Notes under the pieces: model-generated
The model's database searches: none
The model's input: only the letters and a program-made list of their open reading frames with translations
Told to the model about the DNA's origin: nothing
Source: Folioceros fuciformis
Lineage: Eukaryota
Reading direction: 5' to 3'
Assembly (NCBI GenBank): GCA_049999805.1
Contig: JBNGIO010006169.1
Coordinates: 73,354 to 129,739 of the forward strand
Length of the DNA: 56,386 bases
Made by a program: the position numbers and the translations under genes
In this document: positions 26,401 through 39,211 of the stretch, piece by piece
How positions within the stretch are numbered: position 1 is the first letter of the stretch
How the letters are laid out: every line of letters starts with the position of its first letter

Positions 26401-27888
26401 AGGTCCATCATCACAGGAAACTATGATGCTGGACTTGCTGACGAAATCCCAGAGCAATTCGAAGGTGGAAAGGCTGAGGAAAATGGGAGAAAAGTTGCTG
26501 TGCAGAGGAAAAATGGGATTGAACTAGGTGCAGATCCTGTTAAGTGTCAACGTAACAAAAGAAAGGCAGTGGAACCAGATAGTGCTGTTGAACAGAACTC
26601 GAATCCAGGGGGAAAAAACGTGAGACGAGGATCTAATGTGCAAGCTGCGGAAAAGAGTTCCCTCAAATGGTCCAAGATAGAACAGGGTGAAAGCCTAGGT
26701 GTATCAAACAAAGTGAGGTGGACAGGAGTGAAAGTGAGGAAGTGTGGGATGAAAAAGCACCAATCTCAGGATAGAAACGCGACCGACAGAAACTCCAAGA
26801 AGGAGAGGAAAACAAAGGAACCTGCATCAGAGCTCTTGGGCAGCCAGAGTGATGCACTCAGCAGTGATTGGAAGTGGGAGAGGACGCAAGCAAAAGGTAA
26901 GTTGCCAGCTGTTGTTGGTGTCCCGGAGAGAGGTGAAGAAGAGTCCCAAGCTACGAGTAGAAAGTACAGAAGAGAGAAATGCAAGGACTCCAATGCTGAG
27001 GTGCTGGTTATTTCCGCTAGTGTTGGAGATGGCCAGGAAATCGGTGCATCAGCAAGGGCAGGCAAGCGGAAAAAACGAGAAAATGATAGTGTGGCATTGG
27101 TTTCAGACCAGAACAGTGATACTCCCGGCAGAGACCAGAGAAGGCAGAAGCTCAAGAGAGATCCAGCTGACACGCATGCCAAGAAGGAGGAGAATTATCA
27201 TGTGGCATGGGTTTCGGACCACAACAGTGATCCTTCCAAAAGAGACCAGAAGAGGCAGACGAAGTCCGAGAGGGATCCAGCTGACAGAGAGGCCAAGAAG
27301 GAGAAGGAGGCAAAGAAGGATGAGGTAGACCCCATGAGTGATCCTTCCAGGAGAGAGCAGAAAAAGCACACGAAGCCCGACGGAGATCCAGCTGACACAG
27401 AGGCCAAGGAGAAGAAGAAGTTGAAGAAGGCGAAGAAGAACAAATCCCAATTAATTGATGCAGACCCCATGAGTGATCCTTCCAGGAGAGAGCAGAAAAG
27501 GCAGGTGAAGTCCGAGAGAGATCCAGCTGACACAGTGGCCAAGAAGGGGCCGAAGGCGAAGAAGAACGCATCCCAATTAATCGAGGCAGACTCCATTAGT
27601 GATCCTTCCAGCAGAGACCAGAAAAGGCAGACGAAACCCAACAGAGATCCAGCTGACAGAGAGGCCAAGAAGGAGAAGAAGGACAAATCTCACTTGATTG
27701 AAGCAGACCCTATGAATGATCCTTCCAGAAGAGACCAGAAAAGGCGGATGAAGTCCAACAGAGATCCAGCTGACAGAGAGGCCAAAGAAGGTGAAGAAGT
27801 ACGAATCCCAACCCAGGGAGACCCCATGAACTGTCGGAGGCATCAACGTAAAGTCTGGACGAGGCAAGTTGCTGGCACTAATTGCTAA
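20414..27888 (+). CDS. Divergent Sen1/MAA3-like (UPF1-family, SF1B) helicase with a very long Lys/Glu/Arg-rich repetitive C-terminal tail; 5' exon structure uncertain
   Basis: PLYFDGLEHYKKFFQCLIFEEAMA; Q motif LDDSQLGAV; Walker A LVQG|GPGTGK|TTTI; RILVCTPSTAA; Walker B FDVAII|DEAAQ; LFGDPRQLAP; LLTTQYRMHPDIAYFPSRQFY; NTVDGFQGREKDIIVLSC; motif VI RMLAVALTRAR. The last exon is one open frame of over 4 kb. Confidence 0.85.
25460..26075 (+). repeat. In-frame ~39-bp (13-aa) degenerate coding repeats (EKKLRKVKEDKV-like) in the helicase tail
   Basis: Recurrent ggttgagaagaagcttagaaa..gaggacaagg units; the protein shows QVEKKLRRVKEDKV / QGEKKLREVHEDRV periodicity. Confidence 0.8.
27100..27830 (+). 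repeat. In-frame ~105-130-bp coding repeats (DPMSDPSRREQKRQTKSERDPADREAKK), about 7 copies
   Basis: The gatccagctgaca and gtgatccttcca motifs recur throughout 27100-27830. Confidence 0.85.
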
Positions 27889-28597
27889 TGAGTTTATACT
27901 GAGAGATTCATAGCCATGCTTTTCGGGAATTGTGAGAAAAAGCTTGTCTAACAGAATACCTGGCGTCCTACAGATGTCATTGAAGCACAAGGTCAGCCGG
28001 ACGACAAAGAGGAAATCGAGCGCACAGTGCAACCAGAAGTAGAGGCTTTGTTTGAAATTGCCAAAAAGGCTGCTGCAGCAGCAGCTTGGCGTTAGCGAGC
28101 AAAATGTTAAACCACAGGCCCATGGCTGTCACAGCCACTGCCACGCAAATCTCGTCTTATGTTTAACACGCTGTGTACGCATTGCCACGTTAGGTCGGCC
28201 GAAGATGGCCATGGCACGGCACGGCACGGCACGCGCACGTGGTACAGCCGCCATGGTTTAGGTAAGCGCACTGTAGCCGTGTGAATGCGGTCGTCGTTGA
28301 TCCGGATATCAGTACGGTGAGTGACGGGGCCCGGTAACGTTCTCCGGTTACAGTGGAAGCCTGCGATGCAGATACTCTGTTTCTTCGCGCCTTGTATGCG
28401 CCTACATCCCGACGGCTGCTCGTGTGCGACTTCGTGATTCTGAGAAGTTTCCTGTGGGCGGAGGTTGCAGCTCGATTTGAGAACTTCTTACTGCAACTGG
28501 AAGGAATTTTCTGCTCGTCAGCTTGGACTGGTGGAGTGGAGAACTTTTGCAACAGCGTGATTGTGGTGTTCCCTCGCAGGGCTCGATTCAACCAGGC

Positions 28598-29486
28598 ATG
28601 GCAGCAGTGGAAGGAAGTTTGCGGACCATGCTAGTTGCAAGCGCCTCGCCTCCTACAAGGGCTAGCTCCTCGTCGGCCTCCGTGGTGCTGCACATGCCAT
28701 CCTCGGGTTTACGGACTTCCAGACTTGCGCGTTGTGTTTCAGTTCCGGGATCGAGAGTGCACCGATTGAGGAAAGATTTGAGGGCGTCTGCAGATGCAGG
28801 TATCTGCAGATGGTGTTAGGTTTTGCAGATGGTGTTAGATTTTGCAGCTGCTGGCTTTCTGTGGTTTGACCTGCTCAGGTAGGGTTTATAAGGAAGACGT
28901 GAGTTTTGTGCTGGGTTTGTCATGTTGAGCGGAAATTTGCACACACTTATTGAAGGTGTCTAATTTGGTTTGCAGCCTCTGGTGCACCAGGAGCTGTTGC
29001 TCCAGCCATCACGTTGTCAGATAACGCATTGGCTCATTTAAGTAAAATGAGGGCGGATCAGAACAAAGATCTGCTTCTCAGAGTGGGAGTTAGACAAGGG
29101 GGCTGTTCAGGGATGTCGTATGTTATGGACTTTGAGGAAAGGTCGAAGCTCAGGCCAGAAGACTCAATCATCGATTACGAGGGATTCTCAATGGGTACGA
29201 GTTGCTGGTCTTGAGTTTTGTGCCGTAATTCTACCCTTCCTATTGGACGTATGTCACGTACACGACCTCTCTGTTTCGCTTTCGTCACACGCAGTGAAGT
29301 GCCTCGGAGAAGATGTGTGCATAATCTTTGATGGTTTGTGGCCGTGCAGTCTGTGATCCAAAGAGCCTTCTTTTTCTCTTCGGAATGCGACTGGACTACA
29401 GTGATGCCTTGATAGGAGGTGGTTTCTCTTTCAGCAACCCCAACGCCACATCAACCTGCGGCTGCGGCAAATCCTTTGCAGCCTGA
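28598..29486 (+). CDS. CPISCA: Plastid iron-sulfur cluster A-type carrier IscA/SufA, 3 coding exons
   Basis: Ser/Arg-rich transit peptide, then [76 protein letters not shown]; all three conserved Cys are present. Confidence 0.95.
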
Positions 29487-30678
29487 GACCCAGGACACAG
29501 CCAGCTTCTCCGTCTCTCAGCCAGTATGTACAGTAACCCGTTGTGGTAAAGGGGCCGAGAAAAAAAGCATTCAATGATGTACATTTCCATGATGTCTACT
29601 TGTTTCTTTGATTGCTCTCCTGTAAGTCTAATGAGGAATTGGGATTTTCCTATGTGATCCCTCTTTACTTGAGCACAATATAGCAATTTGCACACATTTG
29701 AGTTCCTTACCTCAAAATTAGTTTTGGGACCTCTTTTGTTCCCACCTTTGTGACGGAGGTGTGATCTGCCGACTGGCAATGATTGGATCAAGATCCAATG
29801 ATGTGGGTGCATATGTATTTGGCAAGGCCTCCTCTGACATTCTCTGCCATTCTCTGCAATGGATGCCAATGAGCAGAAATGGTTAGCAAGAAGTAAACAG
29901 TCGGTATGGCAGATTCGAGGGCTTTATTTTCACGTCGGGGTTCTTTGGTTGCACGTGCGTGTAATAGGTGGAGCGAGCCTGGCTGCTTGGCTTCCTGCCT
30001 TTCTTGGCGTGGAAGCAACCGTCACATTTGGCTCATCTTTGCTTTCTCTGACTCGTGCGCCTGCATTGCGTTGCATTGAATAAAGCATTAACCCAGATGC
30101 TAGAAGCAGGAGGGTAGAATATCCAGCCACGGACGCCAGGTAAAGACAGAGTAGCCCAAGAGAGAGACATCCTGCCTGCCCACATTTTCCCTTGTGTTCC
30201 GGCGGGTGCCAGGCTTTTGTGCGGCTGTCCTCTGATTAGCTGCTGCGCATTCCCCTGCTCCAGGATGTGGCACCAATTGGCACGCAGGGATCTGGAGCAG
30301 CTACCTGCTGCTGCTTCTGCTGCGGCTGGTGCTGGATGATGATGAAAGAGATAGATGAGGCCAAGTCCTGGTCCTTTTCTTGGGTCTGCACGGACCGGGT
30401 CCCGACTTGCCTATCTGTTTCAGCTTGAAGTTGCGGGAGCACTGCGCAATTGTACGTCTGGGTGGGAGCTGCTGTGGAGTGGAGGGCATGTTGTGGTGGC
30501 GAAGATGGGAGGCCTGGTTGGCGATGCCTTGGAGAAGATCTGAGACGGAAAGCCCGTCAGCAATTTGTGAGAGCGCAGGCAGCTGTAGGAAGAGGAGCGA
30601 GGGCGGAGAGTGCCATAGCGGGTTTGCAGGACAGGATCAGAGTCGTGATCGCCATCAGCATCAACAGGGATAGGGATA

Positions 30679-31665
30679 ATGAACAGGGAGCGGCTGCCCA
30701 GGCTTAACCGCCCGATTCCCCTGCCACTGCCCCTGCCTCCCCCGTCGATGGTGCAGACACCCACCAACAACCACGGACCCGGCTGTGGCAAGGTTTCGAG
30801 CTTGCAGCGGAATGTGGCGCTGGAGGACCTGGCGAGGCTGATGCTGCTGGGTTCGGGAAGCGAAGGCAAGGTGTACAAGGTGCAGCACAGGTCGACTGGC
30901 CAGCTTTTTGCGCTCAAGGTCATCCAGGAGAAGCACGAGTCGATCCGGAGGCAGATCATACAGGAGATGGAGATTCTGAGGACCACCAAGAACAGGCATG
31001 TCATTCAATGCTACGGCGTGTTTGAGAACGGAGGGGAGGTCTCCTTCGTGTTGGAGTACATGGATTGCGGCACCTTGGCCGATGTGCTGCGAACTCAAGG
31101 AAAGATCCAGGAACATCATCTGGCGGAGGTAACGAAGCAGGTGCTGACAGGGCTGTGCTATCTGCACAAGAGCAAGATCGTGCACCGGGACATCAAACCC
31201 TCCAACCTGCTGCTGAACAGGAGGCAGGAGGTGAAGATAGCAGACTTCGGTGTGAGCACCGTGCTGGCTCACACCATGGCTCAGTGCAACTCCTTTGTGG
31301 GCACGTGTGCCTACATGAGCCCGGAGAGGATGAACCCCGACGCCAATGGCGGCTACTGTGGTGCCTCTGCAGACATCTGGAGCTTAGGGCTGACTCTGTT
31401 CGAGTGCTTCTTGGGCAGATTCCCGTGCCTCAAGCCCGGGGAGAAGTCGGACTGGGTGACCCTCATGTGCGTCATCGGGCTGGGCGAGCCTCCTCCCCCG
31501 CCACCAGATGCTTCCCTCGAGTTCCAAGACTTCCTCAGGTCCTGCTTGAGAAGAGATCCAAATGAGCGGCCGTCAGCAGCAAACCTCCTTTCTCACCCAT
31601 TTCTGACCAAGTACGACGGCCAGCCTCGCAGCTTGGCTGCTTTGTTGAGATCCCCGCCCTTGTGA
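30679..31665 (+). CDS. Mitogen-activated protein kinase kinase (intronless, group C/D type)
   Basis: N-terminal D-site RERLPRLNRPIPLPLP, GSGSEGKVYK, FALK, HRDIKPSN, DFG, plant MKK activation loop T-MAQCN-S-FVGTCAYMSPER, DIWSLG. Confidence 0.95.
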   Translation: MNRERLPRLNRPIPLPLPLPPPSMVQTPTNNHGPGCGKVSSLQRNVALEDLARLMLLGSGSEGKVYKVQHRSTGQLFALKVIQEKHESIRRQIIQEMEILRTTKNRHVIQCYGVFENGGEVSFVLEYMDCGTLADVLRTQGKIQEHHLAEVTKQVLTGLCYLHKSKIVHRDIKPSNLLLNRRQEVKIADFGVSTVLAHTMAQCNSFVGTCAYMSPERMNPDANGGYCGASADIWSLGLTLFECFLGRFPCLKPGEKSDWVTLMCVIGLGEPPPPPPDASLEFQDFLRSCLRRDPNERPSAANLLSHPFLTKYDGQPRSLAALLRSPPL

Positions 31666-33071
31666 CGGCTCCCTGTCTTCCCTCTCTTGTGGATAGTCCT
31701 AGCACCCCATTCCTTCCAACATGCTACTCAACAGCACTGCTGCCTGCATCTGTCTGCATGTGCCGTGAAGATAAGTGTGCCCATAGCTGTAGCACTCAGC
31801 ATGATTTGTTCCTTCCCAGAAACTTATGTTTGCCTCTGCCTGCTCGCTCTACGCAGCAGGCATCAGTTATGTGTATATTATCCAACATACCTGCAGGTCT
31901 CCACCAGGTGGGCAGGCAGCAGGTATCACACCTTCTTGTGTCTCGTCTCATGTCCCTGTGCCTGTGTCTGCGAACATGCTTTTCATGGTCCAACAAAGAA
32001 CCATCTCCGACCACCACCTCTCCCAGTACACCAAATGCATGTCCAGGAATCCAAGTTACCCAGGCCTTCACAAATGCAATGCAACCCTTCCCACTCCCTG
32101 ACTACCAGCAGCCCGGCAGCCCTGTACCGCATCACGGCATCAGTACAGACTGTTACAAAAGGAGTTGCCGGCATCAGATGAAATGGAGGAGGGAAGGCTC
32201 AAGGAAGGAAGCAGCCATGCGAGACGTCTCCTGAAGAAGGTGTATGGAGTGTGGGTATATCTGTACAGTACGTTTCTCATGAGTGTCTCAGTGTAAGTGG
32301 CTGGTCTGATACCTGCCCACTTTGTCCAGAACGGCGAAGGGATCCCTGGTCTTGTGTCGTCACGCTGCGTCGCGACCGACTCAGCATTTGACATTTTCGT
32401 TTGTTTGAAATCCAGTTAATAGTATTTTTAAATATAAAAGATATATCTTCCACGATCACTTTTCAATCACAATCCCTTTCCCATCACTTTTCGATCCACT
32501 TTTGGGACTGGACCAACCTTCTCGATGCTAAAGTGAGTAGTCCAGATCCTTCCTTCTATGGAACGTTCTATACCGCTACAGCACTGGTGGTCGCTTTCCA
32601 TACTTATTTTTTCATCACATACTTTGTAAATGTGAAATTTCTTTAACCTTTTAGAGTGTGCAAGTTCTATCCTTGTTCTTCATGTGATAGGCATATTCTT
32701 CATGTTCTTTGCTAGTCCATGTTCTTCACGCTTCCAAGATAGGAACTTCCTAGATATAATGTGCACACTTTTGTAGGATTGAGATCTTCAAGCTATCCTT
32801 GTGAGTAACATTGTTTTTCACTATACCTTTTTGACTGTGTTCATGCACCATTGACAACTTGCTTCAATCAAGCTTTGCAGATGAGCTTGAAGCTATGTTA
32901 CCACTACAAGGAACTTGAGGGGATTCTTGACTCATTGATTACTCAAAGGGAGTGCTTTGTTGACTCATTCTTGACTCATTGATTACTCATTGATTACTCA
33001 AAGGGAGTACAGTAGTTTGTCTGGAAAGCTACTGGGTGTGCTGAAGTGGCCGATGAACTTGCAGCCATGCA

Positions 33072-35607
33072 TCAACTCTCAGCAGACAGCCCATCTTTAT
33101 CGTACACTAGTGCAAGTGTGTGCCACCAGCCACACGAGATACTCTTGACAACAACATCTGCAAACTTTAGCTGGACTGGCGTGTCTCGATCAACCGTGTC
33201 TCCCAGCCCCAGCTGTCACAGCACACGTTACACAACAAGCACCCTGTTCAGAAGAAAAAAGTGAGAGGTCATAGCCCGGAGGTTACAGTAACCTTTGCAT
33301 CTGTACCTGTCCGTATTTGTTCCAGCCCCAGCAAAAGACTTTCCCACCATCTGCATCATCCGCAACACGCATAAGGAGTCTGTGACAGTACAGGATCCCG
33401 ACCTTCCTTTCAAGAAGGTGTGTAGTCATGAGCAACCTGTTAAAACCACACTGTGTCGAGCACCACAATCCAGGGTCACCACAGTCTCGTCGTCCAAGCT
33501 CCCTTCTACAAGCTTTGGAAGCATCTGCGAAATGGACACACAACCCAATATGAAGTTTAGAGTCGCCACAGCATCAGACTCTTTTGCGTGAACGGAAACG
33601 AAGCTCAGTGCAGCCATTTAAACCTCTGCATGATCGCCACCGACTCCGAGCTGGCCAAATTGGTTACCACCGAAAGCATAGACAGCTCCAGACTCGGTTA
33701 CACACAGGGTGTGCCATAAGCCAGCAGCAATTCCTGTGACTTGCAGGCCCGCTAATTCTGATACATGCCTGGGACTTAGTTCGTCCTCTGTACAACCCTG
33801 TCCACACTAAGAGGCGCAACAGTGACAGACCAGTGTGACCACTTAGATCTGCATGAAGGAACAGGACTGGACATACATCAAGATGTCGTGAAGACTGCTT
33901 CAAGTCTCCTTCTACTCACCTGTCCATAGAGTCCCCATCCAAAAGTCAAAAGTGCACCAGCATCTGGAGAACAGGGGAATGACAAGGAAGATTAGAAATT
34001 TCGACCTGTGCCACATACTGTGGATAGCTGACCAAGAGAAATACAAAAGTCCAAGAGGGCGGGGCTGCAGAAGGTCGGACCAAGAGTATTAAAGACACAG
34101 GCCCTGGCAAGTGAAGTTACCCGTGACAACAGCACTGTGACGCCCTCCACAAGCCACGGCCTGTATGCGAGTCCCAGGAATATGGCTACGACCATTCCAG
34201 AAGGAGTCTGCGGCCAAAGCAGGAATCAATTGTGGAAGAGCTACTGTCCGTAGACGGGCACCGAAGCCCAGCTGTCCTTCTCCACCATATCCCCATCCCC
34301 AAACTTTGCCAGTATCTGCAGGTCATGCGAGCAGACGAGAGGTTCCATGACAACAAGTCCTCAAAGAATGAGGTGCCTGAGTGAAAGATAACCATGAGCA
34401 ACTGAGGGATACCTGACAGTGCCAGCGTGTGACGTCCTCCGGCTGCCACAGCAACGATTCTAATTCCCACACCTAAGCTGACAATACATGGAGGGGCATT
34501 GATGCTGTCTTCAGACCCAGGAGCATCTTCTGCAGGAGCTTCCTCAACACTCCCCGTTTTTCTCCTCTTGTTCGTTTCCCAGGACATTTTTTCACAACCT
34601 TTGGAGGCCATCGGTTTACGTGAGGGCTCTGCTGTGTCAGGCGCATTCTCTCCCTCCCCTTGGCTGTCTGAGGAAATAGTGTTAAGAGGACACAATTGCC
34701 GGTGTCCAGAGAAGTCCGCACCCCCATCACTGCAGGCTGTGACGGTCTGAGAAACAGGGTCAGGGCCGTCGTGCTGGTGGTCCCCGGCACACGACCCCGA
34801 CGCCTCCTTGCCTTGACCTTTCCTCCGACTGTCTTTCCCTAAACCTATGGCAATACCTTCCTGCTCCTTCTCCAGTTTCACTTGAGGCACGCACTCACTC
34901 CATCCCCACGTGAACACCCTCCCACTGTCTGAAGCACCCAGGAAGAGCGAATGAAACCCACACCCTCCACTTCAAAGACGAAAAAACAAGTGCGTCCCAC
35001 AGCATGCAACCAACCGGCAATTGCGACACAATGCGCCCATCCTGCTGCAGCTCGCACGATGCGAGAAGTATCAGGCAAAGCAAATGCCTTCGGCCGCGCC
35101 TGCCAGAAGCAAGAGTTACTGACAATCCCACCCAGCACCGACCACACAAAGCTGAAGATCGGCATCCCCAATTCCCTTCTCGCACAGCCCACACTGCCAT
35201 TCGCACAAGAAAGCACACAGCGGGGCACTTATCTCCTCGAATGCGCACCACCTGCTGTCTCTCCGAAACCGGCTGGCCATGGGCGGGGTCCGTCGCAGAG
35301 CCCCAAGTGTAGATTTTCCCAGACTCTGTCGTCAACAAACGCACACACAGAAAATTTAATCTGGCTCACAATTCCCACCCCCCTTGCTCCAAGCAACAAG
35401 CCCAGCATACCTACCGGAAATGGCGACTGCAAAGCCGCACCCACCACCCGAAACAGCCTTCCAACCTTCGTGCGGAGCTGGAGGCGGCACAGGAGACGGC
35501 TGTGTCAAGGGAGCCCGATTCACAGATGCAGCAGGCAGGTAGCCCCACATTCGCACGCTGCCATCGCTGCTGCTGCATCCAACGGTGGGCTTGTGAGAGG
35601 CAGGCAT
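33072..35607 (-). CDS. RCC1-repeat protein, TCF1 (At3g55580)-like, multi-exon
   Basis: MWGYLPAASVNRAPLTQP...WKAVSGGGCGFAVAIS|ESGKIYTWGS; AAAGWAHCVAI; FTWGWSECVP; VAAGGRHTLALS; WGWGYGGEGQLGLG; LDCGARHSVVL; GKVFCWGWNKYGQ; CGWWHTLAL..DGLSAES*. Confidence 0.88.
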
Positions 35608-36127
35608 TCAGCTGAACACCGCAAGATGCTCCAAACTCCCGCTCAGACCAGATGTCTCTCCCAAGAACGCTACAGCAAGCGTTGCTTTGGTGCTGCGGAT
35701 CTGTTTCTCCACGTCCAGTGTGCCACATGACAAACTCTTACTGGGATCGCGCAGATTCAGGGCGTTTTCCCCTGCCAACAACGTGGCGGCCAGGTTCATC
35801 GCAAACACCGTTTTCTCCCATCATTCCGTGTTACCACGAAACTCTCTCACACTGCAAAACTGATCCAAAACTCCTCTCGTTTTTCATTCCGTGTTTCAGG
35901 GAGCCTGGCGAGCATCATACCCCGAATCTACTGAAATATTTTTCTATTAATTTTCCATCCACCTAATCGGTGCATTAGAGGTGGAGGTGAGGAAAGTAAA
36001 TCCAACGTCCCTACCTTCTACCTACCAAAAGCTAGCTAGCTCTTGCTTAAAAAAAACATGTTCAGCAGAACAAAGAATCTACTAAGCATACGCTGAAAGG
36101 AAGAATGTCACCTACCTATTGTTGTGG

Positions 36128-36266
36128 TTTTGGAAGAAGAGTGAATCACATCTTCCTCAAATTAGACGTCCTTAAGCTGCTCGTGATATTCTATGTGATT
36201 TTGGAAGAAGAGTGAATCACATCTTCCTCAAATTAGACATCCTTAAGCTGCTCGTGATATTCTATC
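36128..36266. repeat. 71-bp tandem duplication
   Basis: ttttggaagaagagtgaatcacatcttcctcaaattagacRtccttaagctgctcgtgatattctat at 36128 and 36199. Confidence 0.9.
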
Positions 36267-36671
36267 TGTCTTCTTGCTTTGCATGTTGGGCCAGGCTACT
36301 TATTGATTAAGTTATCCAAGAAGGTTGCTCCATCTCTAGCTTTCTTCATACGGTTCAGATGTTTTGATAACCAAAGTTTGGAAGCATCTATCTTGGACAT
36401 CACTTGTCCCATCCAAACCCAATTACATCAGCTTACAACCCACTATATTTACTTAGGCTGCAGAACCTTGACCTGATGACTGGACAAGGTGTCATATATG
36501 CAAACAAACTTTGGAATGACCACATCCGCCATGGAAATCTGATCACCTCGGACAAAGCGCATTCGGCCTAGATTTGTTAGGAGCTGGGTAGTCGCGACTG
36601 TTTTTCATGAGGCTAACTTTTAAATGTCATCGGACTTTGATCCATGCTGACTGATCCGATCTTTCTACTCG

Positions 36672-36704
36672 GGCAGGCAGGCAGGCAGGCAGGCAGGCAG
36701 GCAT
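36672..36704. repeat. (GGCA)n microsatellite
   Basis: ggcaggcaggcag... about 8 units. Confidence 0.9.
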
Positions 36705-36832
36705 ACACGGCCTGCCGTATGCTTGTGTCAGGGGCAAGAGCTTACAAAGACGCTGGAGGTTGTGTGTCCATGAGGCTGGCGGGTTGTATTTGTGGGATTC
36801 AGGAAGCGGAGTGTGAGTAGCCGGCCCTCGCC

Positions 36833-38597
36833 ATGGTATGGTCGGCCGTAGGTCCAACTCCCAAGGGCTTTTTGAATTTCGTGAAGGGAATGGATTGGTC
36901 GAAGTTGGGAGAATACCGCCCTCAGGTGGGAAACGGAATGCCAATGGGGGAATTGGAAGGTTTGCTTCGGGCAGGAATGCGAATGGAAGGTTCACCTGGT
37001 CACAGGACCACCGCCCATGCGATTCGCATTCCTGGACCGTCATGCGTGAACGGCCTCCTCGTTCTGGATAGGATTACGGCTCAAGCCCCGTGGGAGGATT
37101 GATATGGGGACGAGCTGTGGCGGAGGTGCTTTGTCTGCTCCTGCTAATGTGTGCCCGCCTGATGGATCGCAAGGCTGTTGACAGGGTGGGCGATACAGAC
37201 AGTGAGGTCGAGGACAACGCTCACTATGAGCGAATTCTCGGGAGCCTCAGGAAAATGGTGAAGGAAAGAAGGGCCCAAAAGGAGGCTCAAGTGGTCGGGC
37301 CCAAATCACCGGTGGCCCAAGGAAATCGACCTGCAGAGGCGGAATCAGGAGAACACCGTGAGTCGGAGCAGCAGCCACTGCCGGTAGAGGTAAACTCGTG
37401 GACTCTCTTTCATGCTGTAAGGATGATAAACAAACGAGGGGACGTGTGGGAAGTTGTGGGCAGTCTCCATCTGTTGGTGTGTTCTCAGTGTTGGTTTTCA
37501 TACTGTTGAGGCTGCAGACAGTTACTGGTGCAGCTCCGGCTTCAGCACATGAAGTATCCCCTAGGGGTTTCCGACAGGACCATGAGGGAACGGGCCTTCC
37601 TGGACCTGAACGAGGTGAGCGGCAGAGGGTTCCCGGCTTCACACTCTCTCCGGTACATGTGGCGTTGGATGAGAAAGCGCATCCCGAACAAGGGCCTACG
37701 TTCGACCTGAATCGAGATCCATCTCCGTGAATTTGGGAGATTCATGTGCTGATGAGATTTGCAGGACCCTTTGTGACTGACAGTTCGAAGATGCCCATAC
37801 CTCGCACACATCATGCACCCATGTGTAGAGATTCATCCTTTTTTGGAGTCTTGGCGTTGCAGGCCTTGGTGTCACTGGAAACAATGCAAGTAAAGGTCGA
37901 GACACTTTTTGTATAAGCCATACCCTTAATAACCTCGTCATTTGCCCTTCACCAGGAAGGTCCCCTTGTGCTTTCCAGTGAATCTCAAGGACGCTTCAGT
38001 CCCACAATCGTGAAGGTTTCCCACCTTTCCCTGAAGCCCTGATTCAGATGTTCTCTAGGTACCGTCGACATTCCTGGACAGAAAGATGGAGAACCAGACA
38101 CGTCCTTAGCCAAAATGTAGAAACGTGAGCGTTTTCGTCCATTCCTTCAACCCTTTGATTCACTTGCTCTCTACAGTGCACATTTCTGGACAGAACGATC
38201 TAGAACTGGATATATTCTAACATTAAACTACGGGACAGGAAGGGAATTGTTGTAGGCCGATGAGCTCCATCTCTCCAGTCTCGCTTTCGCGCCAGGGGAA
38301 GTTTGGTGCCCTTCAAGGAAGCTGAGAGGCATAGGCCGTTGTTACCTGACGGTACGGGCTAGCAGACATGGCAGTCGGTTGTGTTTAAGTATGTTGCCAT
38401 TTGGCCTTCCAACAGTTCTCAGGTTGTCGAGGTCATACGGAGCATGCATCTGCGCAGGTGCCATCACTGTGGGATCCTCGGTCACTGGGAGGAAATTCAA
38501 TCCACCAACAAAATATCTGGTGGAGAGAGAGCCACCAGAGCTCACCTTGGCCGAGTTCATGGACAGAGACTTCCCTGAAGAGTCTACTGGTCAGTAG
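36833..38597 (+). pseudogene. Possible degenerate multi-exon gene of unknown family
   Basis: Protein-like segments bounded by AG/GT (e.g. EDNAHYERILGSLRKMVKERR, LLVQLRLQHMKYPLGVSDRTMRERAFLDLNE, PPTKYLVEREPPELTLAEFMDRDF) with in-frame stops in some putative exons; no recognisable domain. Confidence 0.3.
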
Positions 38598-39211
38598 AAA
38601 CATACGTAGACGTCGTGTTACAACCACAACGTCTAGGTGTAGGTCTACTGACATGGGGGCATACGTCTACTCTACGTCTTCAAGGGCATTTTCTTGACTC
38701 CTCCTTTACGTGGTCGGTGTGGTGTGGATGTGGCTATGGAGGACTGGGCTTCCCTGTGTAAGAGAGTGGAGATTGAAAAATCTTCTGGTTCTCAATCCGT
38801 ATTGGTGACCCTGGCACTGTTTCTCTGTAAGTTGCTCTGTAAGTTTCTCGGGTTCAGCTCATGTCATGCTAACCACACTCGGTAGGGCCCCTCCCTGGCG
38901 TAGATAACACTTTCAGACACGTATAATATTCACCTTGAGATTCTCAACTGACCAACAGTTTTGCTGAGGCAGTTTCCTGGAGGCGTCTTGAGAACTTTCC
39001 CCGTCTTGGGACGGGAAACGCTCTTCCATCACCTTCAAATTGCGAGCAGTGAATAAGTGCAGGCGCCAAGTTCGGCCAGGAAGTTGCATATTGAGACGAG
39101 AGACTCGTGGGATGGGGAGTCTGATGATCTGAAGTGTTGCTTCCAGTTGTAGCTGGTGAAGCTGTAGAGCCTTGTGCTGTACTTGATTCAGTCTGAGGCT
39201 GTGCACCCATC

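Noticed and set aside
24355-28032. Long antisense ORFs rich in Ser/Phe/Leu
   Set aside because: They are shadows of the purine-rich helicase tail.
31662-32234. 190-aa ORF directly after the MAPKK stop
   Set aside because: Non-ATG start, no domain, composition typical of a 3' UTR.
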